Position numbers and translations under genes: made by a program. From NCBI RefSeq assembly GCF_009914755.1, contig NC_060927.1: a stretch of 64,000 bases of DNA. The stretch is one strand, 5' to 3'. Positions within the stretch are counted from its first letter, which is position 1. Each line of letters begins with the position of its first letter. Below the pieces are notes generated by a model. The model was given only the letters and a program-made list of their open reading frames with translations. It ran no database searches and was not told where the DNA came from. Below are positions 31,334-45,849 of the stretch, piece after piece. This stretch comes from the human T2T-CHM13v2.0 reference genome, Homo sapiens.

Positions 31334-31842
31334 TTAACACTTTCCTCTGTGAATGACATTGTTAAGTGAATTAAAGTACAAGCCTTAGACTGGGAGAAAA
31401 TATTTGCAAATCACATATCTAAAAAGGACTTGGTCCAGAATATATGAAGAACTTTTAAAACCCAACAATAAGTAAACAAAAAATGGACAAAAGATCTGAA
31501 CAGATACTTCATCATAGAAGATATATGGATATCAAGTAAAGATATGAAAGGATTCTTAGCATTATTTGTTGTTAGGGAAACGCAAATAAACACCACAATG
31601 ATATATTACTACACACCTATTAGAACATATTAAACCCCCCTAACTGACAATAACAAATGCTGATGAGGATGTGCAACAAAAAGACCTTTCATTTATCACT
31701 GGTAGGAACACAAAATGGTGCAGCCTCTTTGGAATAGAATTTGGCAATTACCTATAAACTTAAACATTGACTTACCACACTACCTAGCAATCACATTCCT
31801 AGGTATTTACCTAAGTGAATTGAAAACTTAAAAAACTAAATT

Positions 31843-32136
<294 letters not shown>

Positions 32137-32868
32137 CTGAACTGAAAACTTATGAGTCCAAACAAAAACCTGTATGTAAATGTTTCTAGCAACTTTACTA
32201 ATAATTGCCAGAAACTGGAAGCAGTATCAATAGAGGAATAGATAACTTGCATATGCAGATGAAGTTCTATTGGAATACTATTTGATGATAAAAAGGACCG
32301 AGCTTTTGACTCCTGCAGCAAAATGGATGAATCATAAATGCATTTTACTAAGTGAAAAAAGTAACACTGTATGAATCCACTGTTATGACTTCTGAAAAAG
32401 GCAAAACACATAGGGATAGAAAACAAATCCGTGTTTGCCAGGGGTTAGGGGCTGGCGGATGTCCCACTGGGTACAATGTTCACTATTTGAGTGATGGGTA
32501 CACTAAAGCCCAGACTTCAGCACTCCACAATATATCCATGTAACAAAACCGCATTTATACCCCCTAAATCTATAAAAATTAAAAAATGAGGGGTATACAG
32601 AGGAAGTTGTAACATGAAGGAACTGCTTTTTATAATACTCTGCATTTGTTAAAAGCCATAGCACTGTACATTACCAAGAGTGAACTTTAAAGTAGAAAAA
32701 CAACAAAATCAACCAGAATGTCAGGGATTCCAGGATGGAATGTACCCTGTGACAAATGAATCTGATTGTATTAAAAACAAATGACAAAACTGTACTCAAG
32801 GAGCTGGGGAAAATAGGTGCTGACCTAGGGAAAAATAGGAGCTGACCTAAGTAACTTAAAACTTATTT

Positions 32869-34286
<1,418 letters not shown>

Positions 34287-34983
34287 TTTTAATTGGAAAA
34301 CATAAGGTTAAAGATAAATGGAACTGTACATTAACACTGTACTGTATTTGGTAATTTTTTTCTCGTTGGGGTTTGGGTAATCAGTTCTGAAACTGCTTTA
34401 CATCTATCCTGGGGTTGAACAAATAAGTAAACAGATGAATTGTGGGAGCCAGGTTTCATGCTGTCAGAGGGCATTTACAAATAAGCAAGAAGGGAAGCAT
34501 AGGATAAACCCTCTAGTGCTGGATTAGAGCCAGAAACATCAGTATGAACTCATATTTAGGTAGAGTTTCACATACATATATGTACATATACACACACAGA
34601 TGGATAGATTCAGAATGATTACAGATAGGTGTGTATACATAGCATAGCATACATATATTACCTACCTCCAACTGCCAAGGTCCTAGAATTAGTGACACCC
34701 AGTAGCAATTAGACCCTCAGTACTTAGATCTTGCTTTCCAAATACCATTTATAACTAAGAACCCTCAGAGAAATGGCTTATTCATGAGGGCAGGGCAATG
34801 AAAAAATAAAAGATGAATAGCATCAGAAAGTAAAGTGCCCAAAAAACACAAAATAATGGGGGCATGTCAAAGGGACAATAGGAGCCAACCTTAAAGAGCT
34901 CCCAGTGGCCAAAGCTGAAACAATTTGAGCAACAAAATAAATAACACAGTATTTTTAATAACCCAAAGTATAAAATACATATA

Positions 34984-35752
<769 letters not shown>

Positions 35753-35754
35753 TC

Positions 35755-37332
35755 CTGAGATCGCCCAATGGGCTCATAAACAAAATGGCCATGGTGGCAG
35801 AAACAGAGGTTATGCATGGGCTCAGCAACATGGACTTCCACTCACCAGCTGACCTGACTAAAGGCACTGCCGAGTACCCAATCTGCCAGCAGCAGAGACT
35901 AACAATGAGTCCCTGATGTGGCACCATTCCCCAGGGTGATCAGGAAGCTACCCGGTGGCAGGTTAATTACAGTGAGCTGCTTCCATTAAGGAAGGGGTTA
36001 TATTTTGTTCTCACTGGAACAGACACTCTATCTAGATATGGATTTGCTTTCCCTGCATGCAGTGATTCTACTAAAACCACCATCTGTGGACTTACAGATT
36101 CACCTTATCTACTGTCATAGTATTCCACACACCGTTGCTTCTGACCAAAGAACTCACTTCACAGCAAAGAAGTATAGCAATGGGCCCATGCTCACGGAAT
36201 TCACTGGCCTTACTATGTTCCCTACCATCCAGAACCAGGTGGATTGATCGAACAATGGAATAGCCCTTTGAAGACTTAGTTATAGCACCAGCTAGGTGGC
36301 AATACCTTGCAGGGCTGGGGAAGGTTCTTCAGAAGTCCGTACATGCTCTTAATCAGTATCCAATACATGGCATGGTTTCTCTGATAGCCAGGATTCAAGG
36401 GCCCAGGAATCAAGGGATGGAAATGAGAATGGTACACTATTACCCCTAGTAATACCACTAGCAAAATTTTGGCTTCCTGTTCCCATGACTTTATGCTTTA
36501 CTAGCCTAGAGGTCTTAGTTCCAGAGGGAAGAATGCTTTCACCAAGAGACATAATGATTCCACTTAACTGCAAGTTGACTGCTACCTGGCCACTTTCGGC
36601 TCCTTGTGCCACTGAATCGATGGCAAAGAAGGGAGTTATGAGGCTAGCTTGGGGTGACTGATCCTTCCTGCCAAGGGGAAACTGAACTACTACTCTACAT
36701 GAAGGTAAGGAAGAATACATTTGGAATACAGGAGATTTGTTAGGGTGTCTCTTAGTATTAACATTGTCCTGTAATTAGAGTAAATGGAAAACTACAACCT
36801 AATCCAGGCAGGACTATGAATGTTGCTGTGACTTTAGGAATGAAGGTTTGGGTCACCTGTTGGGTAGAGAATCACAAGCAGCTGAGGTGCTTGCTGAAGG
36901 CAAGGGGAATATGGAGGGGTAGTGGAAGAAGGTATTTATAAATACCAGTTACGACCATGTAACCAGTTGTAGAAACAAAAACTGTGTCATGAGTATTTTC
37001 TCCTTATTTTGCTATGAATACATTTGTGCATTTTCTTTCCTCTTATTCTTTTATACTGTAACTTTCTATCACAGTATTTAAGTTACTAATATTATATCAT
37101 TTATGCTATTTAAGTTATTTAAGTATTTAAGTTATGGGATATCATGGAGAAGAGTAAACATCACACAAGGACTTTACCTCCTCTTCTGAGGAATGGTTTA
37201 GTATGTTTTTAGTTGTATGCTGGATAGTTGTATCATGTTAGGTGGAATTATGATCGTGCTATTGTCTTTATTTGCAGATTAACTACGGTTTAAGGAGATG
37301 TGCATGGGTGCCATGTTGACAAGGGGTGGACT
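35755..37332 (+). mobile_element. ERVL internal remnant: decayed integrase, dUTPase-like region and PPT
   Basis: Translates AQWAHKQNGHGGR..YAWAQQHGLPL..PICQQ (degenerate HHCC zinc finger) and WQVNY; PPT aaggggtgga just before the LTR. Confidence 0.85.
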
Positions 37333-37820
37333 TGTGATGGCTAATTTTATGTGTCAACTTGACTATACCATGGGGTGCTAGATTAAACATTATTTTTGGA
37401 TGTGTCTTTAAGGATGTCTCTCGATAAGATTAGCATTTGAGTTGGTGGCCTTAGTAAAGTAGATTGCCCTCACTAATGTTGGTGGGCATCATCCAATCTG
37501 CTGAGAGCCTGAATAGAACTTTCAAAAAGGAGGAGGAAGGAAGAATTTGCCCCTTTTTGCTTCCTGCCTCCCATCTGGAGCTGGGATATTGGTCTTCTCT
37601 TGCTCTTTGACTGAGATTTATGCCATCAACTCCCCTGATTCTGAGCCTTCAGACTTGAACTGGAATTACACCACTGGGTTTCTTGGGTCTCCAGATGGCA
37701 GATGGCAGATCATGAGACTTCTCAGCTTCCATAATTGCGTGAGCCAATTTCTCAAAATAAGTCTCCCTCTGTCTATATGTCCTACTGGTTCTCTTTTTCT
37801 GGAGAATCCTGACTAATACA
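37333..37820 (+). mobile_element. MLT2 3' LTR of the ERVL
   Basis: tgtgatggctaattttatgtgtcaacttgact ... ggagaatcctgactaataca. Confidence 0.9.
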
Positions 37821-37919
37821 ATTCTCCATTCAAATTTCCTTTTCATGAAAATACTTCTAATTTCTCCAAATTCTTCATGAAACATACCTTATATGACTTT
37901 CTTGATCTCTCTCTCTCTC

Positions 37920-38216
37920 TTTTTTTTTCTTAGAGATGGTCTTACTTTGCTGCCCGGGTTGGAGCTCAGTGGCACAATGACAGCTCACTGCTGCCTCGAA
38001 CTCCTGGGCTCAAGGATTCCTCCTGCCTTAGCCTCCCAAGTAGCTGGTGATTATAGGCAGGTGTCACTGCGCCCAGATGATTAAAATTTTTTTTTTATCG
38101 AGGCAGGGTCTTAACATCTTGCCCAGGCTAGTCTCAAACTCCTGGGCTCAAGCAATCCTCCCACCTCAGCCTCCCAAAAGTTCTGGGATTACAGGTGTGA
38201 GCCACAATGTCTGGCC
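37920..38216 (-). mobile_element. AluJ-like element
   Basis: Reverse diverged dimer. Confidence 0.85.
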
Positions 38217-38394
38217 CCTTGATCTCTTTTCGTCTATGTAGCACATGATGTCAAATACTCTACTACAGTGTCTCTGACACGTTTGTATTTTTAGGCCTTA
38301 TCTTCCCAAGCAGAATTTAATAACCTTAGAGTAAGAGCTTTTTCTCTTATTTCTTCTGTGTGTATTATTATTTCTTTGTGTATTATCACTTCTT

Positions 38395-38800
38395 CTTCCA
38401 TTTGTTCATTCATTTATTCACTCATTAAACACATATCTGCTGGGTGCCAATACAATAGTGAACAACATCAGACTGTTCCCTTAACCCTTATGGAGATCAC
38501 AGTTTAGTTGGGGATGTAGAAATGAATAAAACAGCCATAAAACAAATGCACAATGATAACTGTCAATAATGTTCTGAAGGGAAGATACTTGATGAGAGTC
38601 CACAAAGGGGGACCCAACCTAATTCTGAGTGGAGAGGAGGGTGGGCAGGGCAGGAAAGGCTAATCTGGACAAAGTTCTGTTTTAGCTGAAATCTGAAGAA
38701 TGAGTAGCTTTTCACTAAGTAAGATAGAGAAAAGAAGTGAGGGTGAGAGAAGAGTATTCCAGATAGAAGTTCTGGGTTAAAGAAGGTGGATAGGGCCACA
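38395..38800 (-). mobile_element. L2 3' fragment
   Basis: ttcattcatttattcactcattaaacacatat tail and downstream L2 motifs. Confidence 0.65.
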
Positions 38801-38856
38801 GTATCACACACAGCAAACCTCAAGATACAGGGACTGACCAAATAGACAATACTAAC

Positions 38857-38958
38857 CATTTTCTTCAGTCTCTTCTCTTCTCGTTTTCTTTCAAGCTGTG
38901 CCTCCTTTTCTTCTGCCTCCCTTTTCTGACGTTCCTCCTCTTGGGCCTTTAACTGGGC
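38857..38958 (-). CDS. CCDC191: CCDC191 coding exon (AQLKAQEEE...RLKKM)
   Basis: ctcaatcag|GCC ... ATG|gttagt; 102 nt, phase 0-0. Confidence 0.93.
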
Positions 38959-39717
38959 CTGATTGAGATTAGAACCCAGAAATATCAGAACCCTCAATTT
39001 GAACAGAAATGTGATCTTTTATGTTTAGGATAGTCAAGTGTCTACCAAAGTGCCTGTCCTATCTCTGGAAGAAGTCTGCATTTTGTGATAAAAGTAGAAA
39101 ACTCAATCAACCTGTCATCAGTTACGTAACTTAAAAGTTTCTCCAAAAGAATCCTTTTCTACTTGGGAAGGTAAGACTGATCATAAATAAGATCACCAAT
39201 CTTTCATTAAAAAATGATTACTTTTTAGTTCTTACTGTCATCTGTGAAAAACTAACTCCAAGTTAGAAACAGTTTAGGGGGAAAAAGGTTTTCTTTCATT
39301 TCACCAGAAAACCCCCAATTGTTGGAACTGTTTATTTTTTCTTGGTAGTTACAAAATTTACTTTGGATAGTCTAGGTCAAAACTTTGGAAAATAAGAACT
39401 ATCCCTCTTTGCAAATTCAGTAGGTCAGACATCTACCTATAATACACTAATCTTGGTTATGTGTAAATCTTCTAATCTGCTGACTCTCATCAACTTTCAT
39501 AACATTTTCTTCCTGCTGTGTTAATGATGTTGATGTTTCTGTCCCCCTTATTTTCCTAAAATTGTCACGGAATTCAGGCCACTAGGCCAAAAAACCATTT
39601 CCAAAGTTGATGTAACTCTATTGTCTCAGGAGTTCTGAAAAAGCAAGGTTTCATTTTTTAAGAAAGACCTGGACAAATCCTTCTTTTTTGACTCAGTTTG
39701 CATTTTGAATCTATTAC

Positions 39718-39800
39718 CAATTTTTCTTCTTCTTGTTTTTTCTTCTTCTCTGCCAAGATCCGCCTACATTCAGCTCGTTGAATTGCTCTCTCTTCCATAG
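39718..39800 (-). CDS. CCDC191: CCDC191 coding exon (AMEERAIQ...EEEKL)
   Basis: attttctag|CT ATG ... TTG|gtaata; 83 nt, phase 1 to 0. Confidence 0.9.
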
Positions 39801-41248
39801 CTAGAAAATAGTAACAGAGTTCTAATATTTTTTATATTGAAAAAATATGAGGAATACTGCAAGAGAAATGTCTCCATTTCATAGTAAAATTTAGTGTTAT
39901 TATTAGGGTTTTCTTGTAAGTTGAATGTTCACAATCTCAGAAAATATATAGAGATAAACAGAACTTATATACTCTACAGGTTAAAGACCTATTATCCCAT
40001 CCTCAGCAATGAGGAACAATTTATAAATTAATTATTTTGTTTACATTTTTATTAAAATAATTGTTTACTGATTTATAATGTGCCTTGATGATACTTTTAG
40101 TATATGAAACCCAGAAACCAGAATTCTAATTTGATTATATGTTTGATGAATGCAGAAAACTTTAATTACATCTAACAAGTACTTTGAGAGTAGAATCGTT
40201 CCTCAAATCCTATTGAATCTGCTAATTTTTCTTAAGTCACTGTACATATGTCTGTATATATAAGAATAACAACAAACAAACTAAAGTTTGGGGTCACGAT
40301 GAATATATTTGAATCTAGTTTTAAGGCCTGGATATACAGATGGGCAGGAAATGGAATTGTACCAGGCATTTGGAGAACTGGCATCTGAATGAATTTGAGT
40401 GTCAGACTCCTGTTCTTGACAGGCTATTAAATATCGATCCAAAAGAAACAAATGTGCAAGATGGTCTGATAATATGACTCTATAATCAGTTGGGGCTTTC
40501 ATAGGAAGAGGGGCATGGATGGGAGGAGTATCAAGTTCTGCTCACCTAAGCCAGCCAATAGTTACTTTCAGTTCCTTGTGCCATATTTTAGAGAAAAGAA
40601 TTTAAGTCCAAGTTTTAAGAATTAATAAACAAAAAACTCACCAGGCTATTTCTTACAGTTATTAAGTGTCTGCTTTGCTGAAAAAGAATGGTAGTGCCAC
40701 AGATGGCGAGAGTGAAATTGTCTCTAAGAAGGCAGAAATAGACTAGGGGATTAAAGTAAGAGACCCCTAAGAAGCAGAGTCTCTGGTAATATGCCCTTTG
40801 CCCATCTTTTCTAGATCTAATCATCAAAAGACTACTTGAAAGTAGACTGGGCTTCTAAAATAGCTAACTCCTTGACCAAACAATAATTTTAAAAAAATAA
40901 TCATACTTAACTGGGTATTTACTGACCAAGCTTAATGATAGGCAAAGACAGCATAAATTGCTGTCCTGGCAGATAGTTAATGCAAAGACTGCCAATTTCT
41001 TCATTAATAGGAATTGACTGCAGGCACAGTGTCTTTCATTTGTAATTACTTCTTGTTAAACCAGCAATCTTGTCACAGGTAAAAAATCAAATTTACAAAC
41101 CACAATATAATTGTCAAAGTGCCAACCACCACATGCAAACATAAGTACAGTGAAGGACTAAGCATATAGTAAAAACAATTAGCAGATTCACTAGGTGGGT
41201 TCTGAAGAATGCTTCTATTCGTATAGTTTAGTTTAAATAAGGGTTTCT

Positions 41249-41380
41249 GGCCAGGTGCAGTGGTTCATGCCTATAATCCCAACACCTAGGGATGTTGAGG
41301 TGGGAGGACTCCTTGAGGCCAGGAGTTTGAGACCAGCCTGGGCAACACAGGAAGACCCTGCCTGTACCAAATAAATAAAT
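41249..41380 (+). mobile_element. FLAM_C-like Alu monomer
   Basis: Single left monomer with (AAAT)n tail; gtttct flanks. Confidence 0.8.
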
Positions 41381-41898
41381 GTTTCTAGATGCATCAAAAA
41401 TGTTATCAAATTAACATATCTGGTTTGTAGGTTTTATTACTAAAATCCTATCAACAAGTTATAATATTATAAAATAATAACTTATCTTGGATTACTGTAA
41501 ACTGATCAAATTTGAACATTAACAAAGTACAATGACAGGTGTCCTTTATCAGTGTTTGTCCTTGGCAGTTACTCAGAGTTTTCTCATTTGTGTAATTATT
41601 CCTTTTTTTTTCACAATCCAAATCTCAAATTACAGAAAAATGATATACCTTTCAGCTATGTTTTTTTGTGTGTGTGTTGGCTGGGAATGCCAAAAAGGTT
41701 GGCAAAAGGGGCAGGAAAAAAGTAGTGGGGCTCTCTGGTGTACTCCACTCCTCACATGTCTACCATTCTGAGATTTTTGATGTCAGGTTCTGCCAAGTCT
41801 CAAAACCTCAAGAGTTGCCAGAATTCAGTCCCAGTGTACACATTCTACTCTAGGAGAGAAGATAACAACCACCAAGGCCACCACCGAGACAGCCCTGC

Positions 41899-42008
41899 CT
41901 TTTAGTATGGGATGCGGTGTCATCAATTGCTTTGGTTTCCTTCTGAGTCCAGAAAGAGAATTTCGGGAGTCACTTCTGCCTTCAGTCCCAGGGGAAGCAA
42001 CAGGTGAA
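41899..42008 (-). CDS. CCDC191: CCDC191 coding exon (SPVASPG...HPILK), GC donor
   Basis: ttttccctag|TTCA ... AAAG|gcaggg; 110 nt, phase 2 to 1, restoring frame with the next exon. Confidence 0.82.
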
Positions 42009-42769
42009 CTAGGGAAAAAATAAAGGAAAGGAATTTAGACTACTAACCAGTTTCCTTCAAACTCCTTTGACCTGAGATGCTCAAAGCCTTTTACAGACCT
42101 TAATGAATCCCTACTCTCTGAGATAACTACATATTATATCCACTCCATAAATATGTGTAATGAGGTATGGAAAGGTTGTGTGATCGGCATGAGTCTACAC
42201 AGTGAGTCAGGTACTGTGACTCCCATCCTAATGCTTCAAATCCATAGGTGTCACCACATCTTATCCTACCATTTACCACATGCAATGAGTATGTCTCAAG
42301 CACAACTGAAACCATCTTACGTGGCTTTTGAGAAACTTGGGCTCTTATTTGAGGCTCAAAGATGTTTTGTTTTATCCCTAACAACTACAAATTTAAGCTA
42401 GGAAATAAGCCAGCCCAGGGGCTGCTCCATGTGGACCTGATGTTGTCTGACTTGGCTTCTCAGCACTTAACATAGCTAGAAACCCAGAAATAGAGCAAGA
42501 CAGCATTTTTCTCTTTAACTGGCATAGTAACAGAGATCCTCAAAGGCAGCCGTGACCCAAATGCTAACAGTATAACTGGATCCTTACAGGCATCCTTGAC
42601 TATCTGTGCCTGTCATATACTAGTCATAACTAGGCTTCTTTGCTTTGAGAGTGCAAAATCAAGGAAAAGGAACAATCATGGGGCTCAGAAGCAGGGCAAA
42701 GAAGCTCAGGAGCCCAAAGTGAAAAACCCCTTAAAATGAGTCCAGCGAGTTCTGATAGAACAGACATAC

Positions 42770-43224
42770 TTCACAAGCATCTGGCAGGTTCTTGGTTCCT
42801 CTTCTCTGGGCTTTGACAGCAGGTGGCTCTGTGCTTCTGTGACTGCTAAGGCATGCTCTGCTGCCCACTGAGCCTCTGCCAGCTGCAGGTTTTTCTTCAG
42901 CTCGAGAATTGTTTTCTGCTGTTCCTGAAGTTTCTTCTTTTGCTTCTCAATCAGCTGTTGCTGGAAGACATGGCGGTTGTGGAAATGACCCAAGCAAAGC
43001 GGTTCTGCTTTCTGGCTGGTAGTTCTGAGTGTCTCGTTGCTGCCAGGCTGTTGAGAGGGTTCAGCACCCAGGGTCTTGTGCTGCTTATTGCCAGGTGCAC
43101 TCAGAGAGACATTCTGAAGGGAACCCTGCAAGTTGCCTGTTGTTGTTCTTCCCAGGGGAGGACTGAGCATACAACCACTGCTTCCCAAGGGAGGCTTTTC
43201 CCACAAAGGGGGCACAGCAGTCTC
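42770..43224 (-). CDS. CCDC191: CCDC191 coding exon (ETAVPPLW...CQMLVN)
   Basis: ctctctcag|GAG ... GTGAA|gtatgt; 455 nt; same frame as ORF 42706..43215. Confidence 0.93.
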
Positions 43225-43428
43225 CTGAGAGAGAGAAACATGTTATAGCTCAACTATTTAAAGGACTGTGCTGATGAAATCCAACATTTATGAGGTCAGT
43301 ATTGTTTTGTTTAATGGCACAACTGCCATGTATTGCAGGTAAAGGTGGTCTGTGCTCCTGGCCTGGCTACCTCAGAGGCCACCACTCTTAAAACATGCAT
43401 TGCTGCTCACCATGAAAACTGGGAGAGT

Positions 43429-43719
43429 GGCCGGCTGTGGTGGCTCATGCCTGTAATCCCAGCACGTTGGGAGGCCGAGATGGGCAGATGACTTAAGGTC
43501 AGGAGATTGAGATCAGCCTGGCCAACATGGTGAAACCCTGTCTCTACTAAAGGTACAAAAGTTGGCCAGGCATGGTGGTACGCACCTGTAATCCCAGCTA
43601 CTCAGGAGGCTGATGCAGGAGAATCGCTTGAACCTGGGAAGTGGAGGTTGCAGTGGGCTGAGATTGTGCTACTGAACTCCAGCCTGGGCAACACAGCGAG
43701 ACCCTGGCTCAAAAAAAAA
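43429..43719 (+). mobile_element. AluS-type element
   Basis: 15-bp TSD gaaaactgggagagt. Confidence 0.93.
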
Positions 43720-43847
43720 GAAAACTGGGAGAGTGGCTACAGCTGTATGAACCATTGCCATGGGCCAGGACATTCGTAATAGCAAAAATCTTCTCTTATA
43801 AATTTCTAATTTGGACAGTTCATTTGTGAATTAGGCAAGGTTACTCC

Positions 43848-43849
<2 letters not shown>

Positions 43850-43896
<47 letters not shown>

Positions 43897-43912
43897 TATA
43901 TATTTTATATAT
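43850..43912. repeat. (TA)n microsatellite
   Basis: About 21 perfect TA units plus a degenerate tail. Confidence 0.95.
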
Positions 43913-44168
43913 AAAAAACATGAATTTAATATGCATAAATTGACTCTGAATTTTAGTGGAAATTTGAAGATGTTGTGGCAAAGGATATATTCTTTCTCGA
44001 GAATGTCTGAAAACCAAAGAATATCTTTACAAATGAATAATATATCTCTTTTCTTTCAATGCCTCTCCTGACACTAGTAAATTAATCATATGCCATAGTA
44101 TAGGATATTTAGTTATTTCAGCATCAAGGTCCCGTTAAAGCCTAGCTAACCGTTTCCAGCTATTCCTG

Positions 44169-44292
44169 AACTATCTATGGGTGGGAAATATTTGGAAGCT
44201 CAGGATCACTGGGCAAATATCTGCATTACAAACTATCTATGGGTGGGAAATATTTGGAAGCTCAGGATCACTGGGCAAATATCTGCATTACA
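44169..44292 (+). repeat. Perfect 62-bp tandem duplication
   Basis: 44169-44230 is identical to 44231-44292. Confidence 0.95.
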
Positions 44293-45295
44293 TAAGAATA
44301 ATGTTACCTAATAATATTTTGTATTAGCATATCACTAGTTTTCAAAGCTTTATTACATAAATCCCATTTAATAGACTGAGGTACCATACTCAATTACAAG
44401 TTCTATACAGAGGGGAAGGAAACAAGAATTTTTATTTAGAAACAGCTATCTTGGCCAAAATAATGTCATATTAAAGTGTCTCTTCTAGAATGGTTTGAGT
44501 CCATGTTCTAAGGTCTAAGTTTTTGATTCTGCCATCTGCAATGGCTTAAAGAGAAAAATGCTATGAGCTATCTAAATATCAGAAGCTTCTTGTTCTAACA
44601 GGACCCCATCCTTAGGGACTCAAAAATATTTTTCACGATTATAGAAATGCTTTCCATAGACTCAACTGAAATGAAAGATGTGATATATGGAAACTCTGAC
44701 ATGTTAAACACTTTTAAAAGTAACCTTTTATTTCAGTAATGTCAGTGAACACTTATTCATGAGAACACCTGCTTAAGCAATTTATATCAAGCAGGGTATA
44801 TGTTTTAGGTTCTTTTAAACTTGGTGGTAATGACACCTTATTAACCTAGCAAGACTGTGTCAAAGCCCTGAGTAAAGCGACAGGGTTTCTTTTGGATCAT
44901 GGTAACTTTTTAACATGAAAATAAAGAACATGAAGGAAAAGCTTAGTGGTACAGATAGTACTTAATAGAGCAGGAGTGAATGGTCTGACTTAATTAGAGA
45001 AAATCACCTATTAGCTAACTGATAATTTTGGAAAAATTCAAGGTACAGTTTGTGTGTTCTTAGTACATGAGTTCCTATGACTGTATAATTAATGAGCATC
45101 TAACTAAAGATTTTATATTTTCACTTGGTCATGTTTTGCTGTACACGCTGGAAAAAGATTAGTTTACTTAGTCTCTACAGGGTCTATTGTAGCCCTCTAT
45201 TATCATTTGCTCCATTTTTAACAATACTGTCCTTTCTTGATAAAGTCTTTTGTTCTTGATTTCAGAGATTTGGAGTCTTTTGTTCCCTTGAGTCT

Positions 45296-45415
45296 AAATA
45301 TATATAAATTACTATATATATATTACTATATATATAAATTACTATATATATTACTATATATATAAATTACTATATATATTACTATATATAAATTACTACA
45401 TATATATAGTAATTT
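45296..45415. repeat. AT-rich minisatellite (attactatatatata[a])n
   Basis: About 7 units visible directly. Confidence 0.9.
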
Positions 45416-45849
45416 TTCTGTTTTGCACAGGTAAAAAATACTTTCTGCTGACTTTTTTTTTTTTTTCATTTAAGAACAGTGGCACTTTGTAAGGTAAAAG
45501 GTTCCATACAGCTCTTTCTTAAGATAGAAGTCTGTCTTGGGTCTCAATGGAGACAAAATTATCTGCCATAAAGGTAGATACATTGCCTAGGGGAAGGGAC
45601 CAAAATGTTACACATAAGTCCCAACAAGCATCTTCCTGATCCCCCCTTGCTCAGAGAATAAGCTTAAATTAAAACTAGCCTACTTGCTAGCAATAATCAG
45701 GGTAAAAAGCAAGGCTGGGGACCCTCTAGTGCACAATTTAATTTCACATGTCTGAATTAAGTACTTAACAGCATTATGTGGAGGGTGGAGGTGAGGGGGT
45801 AGAAGCTCTTCTCCACAAGGTTTTCTAAACATGACAAGAGCAGTGATAA

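Noticed and set aside
42853-43248. Plus-strand ORFs overlapping exons (also 48011..48325, 55945..56160, 2479..2703)
   Set aside because: Antisense shadows of real minus-strand exons.
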